From contig JBKJVD010000043.1 in assembly GCA_046590585.1 (NCBI GenBank), positions 1 to 47,257 on the forward strand: a stretch of DNA of 47,257 bases, read 5' to 3'. Shown piece by piece: positions 27,867 to 37,210 of the stretch (position 1 is its first letter; each line of letters opens with the position of its first letter). The stretch comes from Thermoanaerobaculia bacterium (GTDB taxonomy: Bacteria; Acidobacteriota; Thermoanaerobaculia; Gp7-AA8). The translations under genes and the position numbers were made by a program. Under the pieces are notes generated by a model. The model was not told the DNA's origin and did no database searches. It saw only the letters and a program-made list of their open reading frames with translations.

Positions 27867-28634
27867 CTGTCGCTGCTCCTGATCTTCATCGCCGGGATCG
27901 CCGCCGGCATGATCAACTCCATCGCGGGGGGCGGGACGCTGTTGTCGTTTCCTGCGCTGATCGCGATCGGCCGGGACCCGATCATCGCCAATGCCACGAA
28001 CACGGTGGCGCTGCTTCCCGGCTCCCTGGCCGGAATGCTCGGCTTCCGGCGCGAGCTGCTCGCCTCGAGACGATGGCTGTTCCTGCTGATCGTCCCGTCG
28101 ATCGCAGGCGGGATCGTCGGCGCGTGGCTCCTGCTCAACACCCCATCCTCGACGTTCGAACGCCTGGTGCCCTGGCTCATTCTCGGCGCCACACTCCTCT
28201 TCGCGGTGCAGGAGACGGTCTCGAAACGGTTAGGCCGCGTCGGGCAGGCTCACCACTCTCCCACGCCGGCCGCGATCGTCATGGCGCTCCTGTTTCAGAG
28301 TGCCGTTGCGATCTACGGCGGCTACTTCGGGGCCGGAATCGGCATCCTGATGCTGGCGGCACTGGGGCTGATCGGCATGTCCGACCTGCACCAGATGAAC
28401 GCCCTCAAGAACCTCTTCGCCATCTGCATCAATGGCGTTGCGGCACTCATCTTCGCCTTCTCGGGAATGGTGAACTGGGTCGATGCCGGTCTGATGGCAG
28501 GAGGTTCGATCATCGGCGGATTCATCGGCGCCCGCGCCGCCCGCCGTCTGGGCCGTCGCTTCGTTCGTGGAACCGTGATCGCGATCGGTCTGCTGATGAC
28601 CGCGGTCATGCTCGCGCGAACATGGTGGGCCTGA
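27867..28634 (+). CDS. TauE/SafE (TSUP) family exporter, start uncertain
   Basis: AGMINSIAGGGTLLSFP and YGGYFGAGIGI motifs. The first TM helix lies upstream of the first ATG (27909). Confidence 0.88.
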   Translation: MSLLLIFIAGIAAGMINSIAGGGTLLSFPALIAIGRDPIIANATNTVALLPGSLAGMLGFRRELLASRRWLFLLIVPSIAGGIVGAWLLLNTPSSTFERLVPWLILGATLLFAVQETVSKRLGRVGQAHHSPTPAAIVMALLFQSAVAIYGGYFGAGIGILMLAALGLIGMSDLHQMNALKNLFAICINGVAALIFAFSGMVNWVDAGLMAGGSIIGGFIGARAARRLGRRFVRGTVIAIGLLMTAVMLARTWWA

Positions 28635-28641
28635 ACGTCCG

Positions 28642-31365
28642 CTACTTCAGCCCCTGCGCGACGTAAAGGTCGGAGGTCGTGCGGAGCGCGTTGTAGGCCC
28701 ACGCCGTGGCGTCCGCGGTGGCCACGACCGGCGTGATCTTGTAGACGCCCGCTGGATCGGCCGGCACGAACTCTTTCCATAGTTCTCGCGTTCCGTTGGC
28801 GAGATTGATTTTGAAAACCCGTGCAGGCATCGCGGTCGGGCGGTAGACGAACAGCGACAGGCCGTCGGCGGACCATTGCACCGGGACCTCGCCTTTCTCC
28901 ACACCCGCGACGGGCATCGGAGCAAGGCTCCCATCCGTGGGATAGCGGGCGATGAGTTCGTCCATCGTCGGACCAGCCACGAACCGCCCGTCGGGGGATG
29001 CGGCGAACGCGCGCGTGGTTCCACCCCAGACCGTCTCGGGCGAGATGGTGGTGATCTTCTCTTCCAGCGTGTCGATCACGTGGATCTGATAGTTTTTCCC
29101 CGGCAGCGCACCTCCGACCACGACCCGTCGCGAGTCGGGGAGCCAGATTCCTCCGAGATCAAACGAACCTTTGATGGCGAGTTCGCGCGTCTCACCCGAA
29201 CCGGTCGGGACGATGATGAGCCGGTTCCCGCTGTGAGTGAGCACGAGCCGACCGTCCGGCGAAAGAGCATCGCCGAATCCGTCCGCGATCTTCATCGCCG
29301 CAGGCGTGTCGAGGCGGCGCAGGTAGACGCCGCTCTTCTCGCCGCCACCCTCGCGTGTCTCATTGAACAGAATCGTTCTTCCATCGCCGGAGAGATCGGC
29401 CAGGACCGACCAGTCGAGCCACGCGTAGTCGCGCTCGGCGGGAGTGGTCGCGCTGCCGTAGAGCAGCGCGGCGCGCCAGTTTCCGTTCGACAGCAGCACC
29501 CTTCCCGCCGTCGAGATGTCGAAGAGCTTCATCGACCCGGTCAGGCGATCCACAAGCCGGGTATCGCCATTGAGCTTCACGGCATAAAGCGAAGGGGGAG
29601 CGGAGGTGCTGGTGCCGGTGATCCAGAGTTCGCTGCCGTCCGGTGTCCACGCGAGTCCGTTGGCGCCGTGCGACCATCCGCGGGCGATCGACTCGGGAGC
29701 GGCATCGGAGACGACCACGACATCCGTCTCGCCGCCGTGGGGTTCCAGGAATGCAACCCGCGTCCCATCGGGAGAGACGCGGACTTCCCGGAGCTGGTGC
29801 GGAGTTTCGTAGCGCACTTTGCCGAGCGGATACTCGACGCGATACTTTCCGTTGTTCACGCGGATCAGTGCGAGTTGTGCTCCGTCGGGCGACCAGTCGG
29901 CCTGGGCAACCTGATCCGAGAGTTCGCGCGGGACGCCACCAGCCATCGCCACGCGCGCCAGCGTTCCAAGTCCGCTGATCCGGTCGCGGCGGAGCAGGAT
30001 CGCCACCTCCGCATTCTTCGAGACGGCCAGCACCTCGGCATCCGGAATTCCCAGCGGCCGCGCCTCGGGGTTCTGCCTCGTGGCGACGAAGATCTCGGCC
30101 GGGCTGCCGTCCCAGGCAGCGCTGTAGACGACCGTGTCTCCGTCGCTCGCGAAACGGGCGCCGCGAATCTCGCCGCGACGGAACGTCAGTCGTGAAAACG
30201 TCAGCTCGCCCGTGGAGGACGACTGATGGGTCGCGAGGTACCAGCCACCGAGCGCGGCCCCAGCGATCGCGACGACGACCAGGGCCGTCAGGAGCATTGG
30301 CGACACCGAGCGTTTCTTTGCCTGCGCAACGGTGCGGGGGCGCTGAGGGGCAATCGCAGGCGGAATCGCTGCGGAGGCTGTGCGGACGGTCGGCGCACCG
30401 GGTGAAGAAAAGGGCTGCTGTGCGGTAAGGCGTGCAGCGGTCGGGACGGCCGGCGTGCGCGCGGTCATCGTTCCTGGCCCGGCCGGGTTGCTGACATTCG
30501 ACAGCGTCCCGGCGGATGAAAACGTCGAGAGCGTTTCGAGGTTGAAGGCGAGATCCTTCGCCGACTGGAAGCGCTGTGAGCGATCCTTCTCGAGGCAGCG
30601 GCGGACCAGGCGATCGAGCGCCGGCGGAATGTTCGGATGCGACTCGAGCAGGTCGATCGGCTCTTCCTTGAGGATTGCGCTCAGCGTCTCGATCGACGAG
30701 CCGCGCTTGAAGGCGCGCAGCCCGGAAAGAATCTCGTAAAGAATGGCGCCGAACGCGAAGATGTCGGAACGGGCATCGACGACCTCGCCGCGCACCTGCT
30801 CGGGCGACATGTAACCCACCGTGCCGAGAACCATGCCCGGCTCGGTGGCGGCAACCTGAAAGGTCGGTCCTTCCGCATCCGCGCCTGGGCTGAGTTTCGC
30901 GATTCCGAAGTCGAGAATCTTCAGACGCCCATCGCGTGTGAGGAAAATGTTTTCCGGCTTGAGGTCGCGATGCACGACCCCTTTTTCATGCGCAGCGGCC
31001 AGGCCGCTGGCCATCTGCAACGCGGCTTCTACCGCGCGCCGCGGAGGCAGCGCACCCCGCGAGAGCCGGTCCCGGAGCGTCTCACCCTCGAGCAACTCGC
31101 TGACCAGGTACGGGGTGCCCTCTGCGCTTCCAATGTCGAAGATCGTCAGCAGGTTTGGATGGTTGAGCATCCCGGTGGCGCGCGCTTCCTGCTCGAATCG
31201 CGACAGCCGCTCCTGATCGCTGAGCGTGACGGCGGTGAGCACCTTGATCGCCACATCACGTCCGAGCCGCGTATCGCGCGCCCGGAACACCACGCCCATT
31301 CCACCCTCACCAAGAGTCCCGGTCACCTTGTAAGGCCCGAGCATCGAACCAATCTGAAGCGGCAT
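28642..31365 (-). CDS. Hanks-type Ser/Thr protein kinase with TM and TolB/PD40-like beta-propeller
   Basis: LGEGGMGVV, VAIK, HRDLKPEN, DFG, GTVGYMSPE, one TM helix, WSPDG/SPDG repeats. Confidence 0.95.
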   Translation of the reverse strand: MPLQIGSMLGPYKVTGTLGEGGMGVVFRARDTRLGRDVAIKVLTAVTLSDQERLSRFEQEARATGMLNHPNLLTIFDIGSAEGTPYLVSELLEGETLRDRLSRGALPPRRAVEAALQMASGLAAAHEKGVVHRDLKPENIFLTRDGRLKILDFGIAKLSPGADAEGPTFQVAATEPGMVLGTVGYMSPEQVRGEVVDARSDIFAFGAILYEILSGLRAFKRGSSIETLSAILKEEPIDLLESHPNIPPALDRLVRRCLEKDRSQRFQSAKDLAFNLETLSTFSSAGTLSNVSNPAGPGTMTARTPAVPTAARLTAQQPFSSPGAPTVRTASAAIPPAIAPQRPRTVAQAKKRSVSPMLLTALVVVAIAGAALGGWYLATHQSSSTGELTFSRLTFRRGEIRGARFASDGDTVVYSAAWDGSPAEIFVATRQNPEARPLGIPDAEVLAVSKNAEVAILLRRDRISGLGTLARVAMAGGVPRELSDQVAQADWSPDGAQLALIRVNNGKYRVEYPLGKVRYETPHQLREVRVSPDGTRVAFLEPHGGETDVVVVSDAAPESIARGWSHGANGLAWTPDGSELWITGTSTSAPPSLYAVKLNGDTRLVDRLTGSMKLFDISTAGRVLLSNGNWRAALLYGSATTPAERDYAWLDWSVLADLSGDGRTILFNETREGGGEKSGVYLRRLDTPAAMKIADGFGDALSPDGRLVLTHSGNRLIIVPTGSGETRELAIKGSFDLGGIWLPDSRRVVVGGALPGKNYQIHVIDTLEEKITTISPETVWGGTTRAFAASPDGRFVAGPTMDELIARYPTDGSLAPMPVAGVEKGEVPVQWSADGLSLFVYRPTAMPARVFKINLANGTRELWKEFVPADPAGVYKITPVVATADATAWAYNALRTTSDLYVAQGLK

Positions 31366-31420
31366 GGGGGGATTGTATCGTCGTGCCCGGTATGGGGTAC
31401 GACGGATGAGGGTGGGGAGG

Positions 31421-31660
31421 GGCAGAAGGCAGAAGGCAGAAGGCAGAAGGCAGAAACCAGAAATTAGAAACCAGAAACCTGAAACCTGGAGGCGGAAAAC
31501 AGAAGGCGGAAAACAGAAGGCGAGGCGGACGTCACAGTTGAGAATAGCCGCGGAAGGGTCTGACTCTTTTCTGGTTTCTGGTTTCTGGTTTCTAGTTTCT
31601 GGTTTCTGGTCTTTTCTGCCTTCTGCCTTCTGCCTTCTGCCTTCTGCCTTTCTGATTTCC
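31421..31660. repeat. Inverted heptamer-repeat element C
   Basis: (GGCAGAA)5 plus ACCAGAA-type variants at 31421-31523. (TTCTRGT)6 plus (TTCTGCC)5 at 31569-31648. Confidence 0.95.
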
Positions 31661-31703
31661 GCCCCCCGGCCTCACCCCACGTAGATGGTGTTAATCTCCG
31701 GGC

Positions 31704-33377
31704 GTGCCGGAGTTGTTGCGTCGTTTCCTTCCGATCCTTCTCGCAATCGTTGCTGCAGCGCTCTTTCTTCACCTCGGTTCGTACCCCTTGATGGATGCGG
31801 ATGAGGGACGGAACGCGGCGGTGGGACGGGAGATGGCGGAGACGAATGACTACTCGGTTCCGCACCTGAACCGCCTCCCGTATCTCGACAAGCCGATCGT
31901 CTACTTTGCGGCCGAAGCGGCGGTGATGGAGGTCGTCGGTCCGACCGAATTCGCGGCCCGGCTTCCGGCCTATCTGTTCACTTTGGCCACGGCACTGATC
32001 GTCTTCCTGTTCGGTCGCAGGTTATGGGATGTAGACCGCGGGCTGGTTGCTGCCATCGCGTTTCTGGCGATGCCGCTCACTCTGGCGTTTGCGCGCATCG
32101 TGATCTTCGACAGCGCTCTGGCGTTCTGCGTGACGCTTGCGACGGTGGCGTTCTATCTCGCAATCGAAAGTGGGGCGGTCGCAGGAAAACGATCGCCGTC
32201 TTTCTGGCGGCTCGTGGCGTGGGGTGGAATCGGCCTCGGCATTCTCACAAAGGGTCCAGTCGCGCTTCTCCTCCCGTTGCTGGTGGCGATTCCTTACGCG
32301 ATCTGGCGGCGGCGTTTCCGCGCGCTCTGGTCGTGGGCCGGACTCGGCGTCTTCCTCCTCGTGATTGCGCCGTGGCTTTATGCGATGCAGCAGGCACTGG
32401 GCGATTTTCTCCAGTACGCCTTGATCACCGAGACGATGGAACGCGTCGCGACGAAGAAACTTCAACGCACCGGCCCACCCTGGTACTTTCTGCCGTACAT
32501 CCTGGGGGGCGCTCTTCCCTGGTCGCTGCTGCTTCCGTTTGCCTGGACCCGCGAGAGCCGGCCGGAACGCGATCAGCCCGCGCCGCGCCTGTTCCTCATC
32601 CTCTGGTTGTTCCTGCCGCTCATTTTCTTCTCGATCTCCCAGTCGAAGCGGCCCCAGTACATCGTTCCCCTCATGATTCCGCTGGCTCTGCTGGTGGCTT
32701 CGCAATGGACCTCCGAGCGGTGGGTGCGCGGCGTGCGGGTCGCGGCCGGCGCCATGCTGCTGCTGGGGACGATCCTTCTGCTCGGGCCTCATCTTCCCCA
32801 GTGGCAGAAGATGAAACCTGGGATTGCGCCGGCGGCGCGTACCACTGCATTTCTGCTGGGCGGTTCGCTCGCCGCAGGAGGACTGCTCGCGTGGCTCACG
32901 CGGAACCGCAACTTACAACTTGCTCTCCTCGCGCTGCCGATCGCACTCATTCCAGCAACCTCGTATCCGGTGGTGAGCGCGATCGCGAAGCAACGCTCGG
33001 CGAAGGAACTGATCGTCGAGATGGCCCCGTATGCCTCCCTCGACACCGATGTGATTGGCGTCGAGGCGTTCACGGGATCGATGGCGTTCTATCTCGGCCG
33101 GCCCATCACCGTGATCAGCAGCGATGGCGGCGAATACACCAGTAACTACGTGCTCCGGCGCTACGCACGGTTCGCCAATGCGAAGGGGTCGACGCTGCGG
33201 ACCATCGACGCACTCGGGACGAGCCTGATGAGTTGCTGCCGGGCCCGGATCTACATCATCCGCGACGACGATCCTCATCATCAGCGCACGCTCGAAAATC
33301 TCGGGATGCGGCGGATTGCCGAGAGCGAGCACTTCTACGCGTACGGTCCCTGGACCGGCCCGCATACAATGCGCTGA
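31704..33377 (+). CDS. ArnT-like (GT-C, family 39/83) polyprenol-phosphate glycosyltransferase
   Basis: DADEGRNA..REM, YLDKP, AARLP, LTKGPV, SQSKRPQY and many TM helices. Confidence 0.9.
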   Translation: MPELLRRFLPILLAIVAAALFLHLGSYPLMDADEGRNAAVGREMAETNDYSVPHLNRLPYLDKPIVYFAAEAAVMEVVGPTEFAARLPAYLFTLATALIVFLFGRRLWDVDRGLVAAIAFLAMPLTLAFARIVIFDSALAFCVTLATVAFYLAIESGAVAGKRSPSFWRLVAWGGIGLGILTKGPVALLLPLLVAIPYAIWRRRFRALWSWAGLGVFLLVIAPWLYAMQQALGDFLQYALITETMERVATKKLQRTGPPWYFLPYILGGALPWSLLLPFAWTRESRPERDQPAPRLFLILWLFLPLIFFSISQSKRPQYIVPLMIPLALLVASQWTSERWVRGVRVAAGAMLLLGTILLLGPHLPQWQKMKPGIAPAARTTAFLLGGSLAAGGLLAWLTRNRNLQLALLALPIALIPATSYPVVSAIAKQRSAKELIVEMAPYASLDTDVIGVEAFTGSMAFYLGRPITVISSDGGEYTSNYVLRRYARFANAKGSTLRTIDALGTSLMSCCRARIYIIRDDDPHHQRTLENLGMRRIAESEHFYAYGPWTGPHTMR

Positions 33378-33389
33378 TTTTTCTCTCCT

Positions 33390-35237
33390 ATGTGTGGCAT
33401 TTACGGAATGGTCGCAATGGAGCCTCAGCCGCTCCACTTTCCCGACGTCCTCGACCGGATGGGGGCGAAATTGCGTCATCGCGGGCCCGACGGCCACGCC
33501 ACCCTCGTCGATCTTCATGCCGGCCTCGGCACCGAGCGGCTGAGGATCATCGACCTCCATCAGCGTGGCGATCAGCCGTTCTCTTCGCCTAACGGTGAAG
33601 CGTGGCTCGCTTGCAACGGCGAGATCTACAACTGGCGGCAGATTCGAGCCCCGTTTGGCGACTATCCGTTCCGCTCGGAGAGTGATGTCGAAAGCATCCT
33701 GCCGCTGTTTCTCGCGCACGACACGGCCGCGATCGCGCAGCTGGACGGCATGTTCGGACTGGCGATCCGCGATCATCGCGATGGAAGGCTGATCCTCGCC
33801 CGCGATCGTGCGGGAGAGAAGCCGCTGTTCTACGCGAGAGTCAGCGACGAGATCGTCTTCGCGTCCGAACTGCAATGCCTGCTGCAATATCCCGATCTCG
33901 ACCGGACACTCGATGATGTGTCGGTGGCCGAGTATCTCCGCCTGGGATACGTCCCGGAGCCGCGCACGATGTTTCGCGCCGTCCGGCGTGTGCCCGCCGG
34001 TGCCTTCATGGTGTTTGACGGAGCGAAGGAGACGACGACTCGTTACTGGGATCCAGACTCGTTCGAGATCGTCCCGCGTCGTCCGGAGGAGGCAGTTCGC
34101 GAAACCCGCCGGCTGTTCGAGCGCGCCATCGAGAAGCAGGTGATGTCCGATGTCCCCATCGGTGTCTTCGTCAGCGGCGGACTCGACTCGTCGATCCTGG
34201 CGACCGAGGCAGCGCGTGTGATTGGACCCGATCGGGTGCACACGTTTTCGGCACGGTTCGCGGAGGAATCCTTCGACGAGTCGGGCGACGCGGAGGTGCT
34301 CGCAAAGCATCTCGGAACGCGCCACGTCCCGGTTCCGATCGATGACATCACCCTGGCGGAAGCACTGGCCAGGGTGGTGAAGGACGTCGCCGAACCGGTG
34401 GCTGATCCGGCAATCCTGCCGACGTATCTGCTTGCCAGGACCGCTCGCAATCACGTGAGCGTCGTCCTCAGCGGAGAAGGAGCGGATGAATTGTTCGGGG
34501 GATATCCGACCTATCTCGGACACAAGGTCGCGCCGGTCTATGACGCGCTCCCTGGATTCGCGCGTGCGGCGATTCGAGGCGGAATCCGCAGGCTCCCGTC
34601 GTCATCGAAAAAGATGACGATCGAGTTCCTGCTCAAGCGATTCGTGACGGATGCGGAGCGCCCGTGGCTGGAGAGGCATCTCTCCTGGTTCGGGACCGGT
34701 CTGCCGGACACGATCTTCGCAGGCGGGGCACCTCCCATGCCGGACCTGCCAACCGGCAATTCCCACCTCGATCCGCTCGCGGCGGCGATGCTGCTCGATT
34801 ACCGGAGTTACCTGCGCGACAACCTGCTCGTGAAAGTCGATCGCGCCACCATGCTGTCGTCGGTCGAAGCACGTGCACCTTTTCTCGATCGCGACCTGAC
34901 GCAGTTTGCGCTTTCGCTCCCTTCCGACATCCGCGTGCGCGGCATGACGACGAAGTGGGTGCTGAAGAAAGCGGCGGAGAAGTGGGTCTCGAAGGACGTG
35001 ATCTATCGCCGTAAGCGCGGCCTGAGCGTGCCGGTCGCTTCGTGGATCAACCGGGGTCTGCGAACCGAAGTGGATCGTTTGCTGGACCCTCGATCCCTGG
35101 CAGTGTTTCCTGCGATCGACCCCACTACGGCGCGCCGGCTGCTCGACGAACATCGTTCAGGTGCCGCGAACCATGCGAAGTCTCTCTGGGCCCTGGTGAT
35201 GCTGATGTACTGGGCCGAGAATCAGACTCGCCCGTAA
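33390..35237 (+). CDS. asnB: Glutamine-hydrolysing asparagine synthase-family amidotransferase
   Basis: MCGI, HRGPD, NGEIYN, RDRAGEKP, SGGLDSS, SGEGADELFGGY, VEARAPFLD. Confidence 0.93.
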   Translation: MCGIYGMVAMEPQPLHFPDVLDRMGAKLRHRGPDGHATLVDLHAGLGTERLRIIDLHQRGDQPFSSPNGEAWLACNGEIYNWRQIRAPFGDYPFRSESDVESILPLFLAHDTAAIAQLDGMFGLAIRDHRDGRLILARDRAGEKPLFYARVSDEIVFASELQCLLQYPDLDRTLDDVSVAEYLRLGYVPEPRTMFRAVRRVPAGAFMVFDGAKETTTRYWDPDSFEIVPRRPEEAVRETRRLFERAIEKQVMSDVPIGVFVSGGLDSSILATEAARVIGPDRVHTFSARFAEESFDESGDAEVLAKHLGTRHVPVPIDDITLAEALARVVKDVAEPVADPAILPTYLLARTARNHVSVVLSGEGADELFGGYPTYLGHKVAPVYDALPGFARAAIRGGIRRLPSSSKKMTIEFLLKRFVTDAERPWLERHLSWFGTGLPDTIFAGGAPPMPDLPTGNSHLDPLAAAMLLDYRSYLRDNLLVKVDRATMLSSVEARAPFLDRDLTQFALSLPSDIRVRGMTTKWVLKKAAEKWVSKDVIYRRKRGLSVPVASWINRGLRTEVDRLLDPRSLAVFPAIDPTTARRLLDEHRSGAANHAKSLWALVMLMYWAENQTRP

Positions 35238-35253
35238 CACGACCCCTGCTCAG

Positions 35254-35334
35254 CGCCGACTTCCGATGAACTGAGGCTGGCGGGCATCTCGCCCGTCGTG
35301 CGCCGCAGCGCACTGCTCTCATGCATGCCACGCG
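35254..35334 (+). repeat. Partial copy of the 21.7-22.0 kb REP/MITE-like element, inverted
   Basis: 35273-35334 is the reverse complement of 21906-21968 with few differences, and is preceded by the CGCCGACTTC terminus motif. Confidence 0.85.
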
Positions 35335-35374
35335 TGAGCGCGGTTCAGAGCTCGCGTACCCGATGCAGGTGAAG

Positions 35375-35863
35375 TCACATCTTGTACGAGACGACTGAGG
35401 GATTTCGCTGTGAGTTCTCTGAGGCCAGCTCGTGGAGTGCCTTTTCACGGGAGTAGAACAACCGTGCGGGAACCTGATCCGAACCCTGGAGGCAGAACCG
35501 AACCACGTTGCTGAGTTCGGAAACGTCGAAGGGCTTGCGAAAGACGCCGGCCACGACGTCCGGGTCGACTTCGCGGAACCTCTGGTCCGAGTATGCACTC
35601 ATCACGATGACGATCGGCTTGATCTCGGGAGGATGCGCCGCCAGGTGAGCGATCACGCCGAATCCATCGAGGCGCGGCATCATCAGGTCGAGCAGGATGA
35701 TGGAGTACGCATGCTGTTCGAGGTGTTCGATCGCCGCGATCCCATCCTCGACACCGTCAACGGCAACCTGCTCCCGCCGCACGATCGTGCAGATCAGCTG
35801 CCGGATCGCATGGTCGTCGTCGGCTACCAGGATTCGTGGAGTCGCTTCAGGCTGGTCGTTCAT
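35375..35863 (-). CDS. Response regulator receiver protein
   Basis: RILVADDD, LLDLMMPRLDG, MSA, KPF. Confidence 0.9.
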   Translation of the reverse strand: MNDQPEATPRILVADDDHAIRQLICTIVRREQVAVDGVEDGIAAIEHLEQHAYSIILLDLMMPRLDGFGVIAHLAAHPPEIKPIVIVMSAYSDQRFREVDPDVVAGVFRKPFDVSELSNVVRFCLQGSDQVPARLFYSREKALHELASENSQRNPSVVSYKM

Positions 35864-36082
35864 CTGTCGGTCTTTCCGGAACTTAATCAATGGAATCCTT
35901 GTGCCATCGGCAGCGATCCCATCCTTGCTACCGCGTCGGGCCTAACACCCTGATGCTTCGTAAGCTCAACTGTCTCGCTGGATGTTTCCGATGATGATCC
36001 CGGTTCCGGCCGACGATTGACGGCGGTTCAGATCACGCGCGGCTGATGCAACATTGTGATGCAAGGACTTACGATGTGGTCC

Positions 36083-37117
36083 ATGGCCGACTTTCGATCC
36101 GACAACACTCTTGGCTGCTCCCCGGAAATCGCCGAGGCGCTTGCCCGCACGGGCAGCGGCGCGCTCTCGCCGTACGGCAACGACGAGATCACCGCCCGTC
36201 TCAGGGAACGCTGCCGCGAACATTTCGAAACCGATCTCGAAATTCTTCCGGTGCTTACAGGGACGGGCGGCAACTCGCTCGCCATTGCCACGATGACACC
36301 GCCCTGGGGCGCGGTGTTCTGTCATGAAGACGCGCACATCCATCGAGACGAGCTTGGCGCTCCGGAATTCTTCACCGAGGGGGCGAAACTGGTCCCCATC
36401 CCCGGCGAGCATGGAAAGATCCGGCCGGAGGAACTGGAGCGGATGATTCATGAGATCGGTGACACGAGGCGCATGGCCATCCCGTCCTGCCTGAGCCTGA
36501 CGAATGCAACAGAAGCGGGAACGGTGTACAGCGCCGATGAGACTCGCGCGCTGTGTGAAGTGGCGCACCGGTTCGACCTGGGAGTCCACGTGGATGGAGC
36601 CCGTTTCGCCAATGCGGTTGTCTCCACCGGATCGACGCTGGCGGAGATGAGCTGGAAAGCCGGTGTCGACATGCTCATTTTCGGCGGCACTAAAAACGGG
36701 GCGATGGCTGCGGAACTGATCGTCCTGTTCAAGCCGGAGATGATCGAGCAGTTGCGATTTCGCTGGCATCGCAGCGGGCACAGACTCTCCAAGATGCGAT
36801 TCCTCTCCGCGCAACTCGATGCCTACCTGACCGACGACCTCTGGCTTCGCAACGCCCGGAACGCAAACGGAATGGCCGCTCGCATTCGTCAGGGGATCGA
36901 AGGCGTCACCGGCGTCGAGATCCTTCGTCCCGTCGACGCAAATATTCTGTTACTTCGTTTCTCGCCGGCGCTGCTCACCGCTCTGAGAAGTGCCGGGTTT
37001 CTCTTTTACGACTGGGAGATCTTCGGCCCCGGTGCCGTGCGTCTGGTGACCGGGTTCAGCACGACGCCGGCGGATGCCGACGCACTCGTGGCGGCAATTC
37101 GCGCCGTGAAGGCCTGA
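36083..37117 (+). CDS. ltaE: Low-specificity L-threonine aldolase (PLP-dependent)
   Basis: DFRSDN, PYGND, HVDGARFANA, GGTKNG (PLP Lys), SKMRF. Confidence 0.88.
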   Translation: MADFRSDNTLGCSPEIAEALARTGSGALSPYGNDEITARLRERCREHFETDLEILPVLTGTGGNSLAIATMTPPWGAVFCHEDAHIHRDELGAPEFFTEGAKLVPIPGEHGKIRPEELERMIHEIGDTRRMAIPSCLSLTNATEAGTVYSADETRALCEVAHRFDLGVHVDGARFANAVVSTGSTLAEMSWKAGVDMLIFGGTKNGAMAAELIVLFKPEMIEQLRFRWHRSGHRLSKMRFLSAQLDAYLTDDLWLRNARNANGMAARIRQGIEGVTGVEILRPVDANILLLRFSPALLTALRSAGFLFYDWEIFGPGAVRLVTGFSTTPADADALVAAIRAVKA

Positions 37118-37210
37118 GTAGGACAAGCGAATATTGGAAGAAACGCTGATTCTAGCGAGCCGTGCATCTGCGGCAGCGTACGTGCATTGATCGCCGCGTA
37201 GTGAGTGCCG

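Noticed and set aside
27860-28666. 268-aa Arg-rich ORF overlapping tauE
   Set aside because: Off-frame reading of the TauE gene, with composition unlike a real protein.
32913-34523. 536-aa minus-strand ORF and similar long antisense ORFs (e.g. 28876-30195, 38165-39355, 42068-43297, 44824-45966)
   Set aside because: Each lies opposite a well-supported gene and lacks recognisable motifs.
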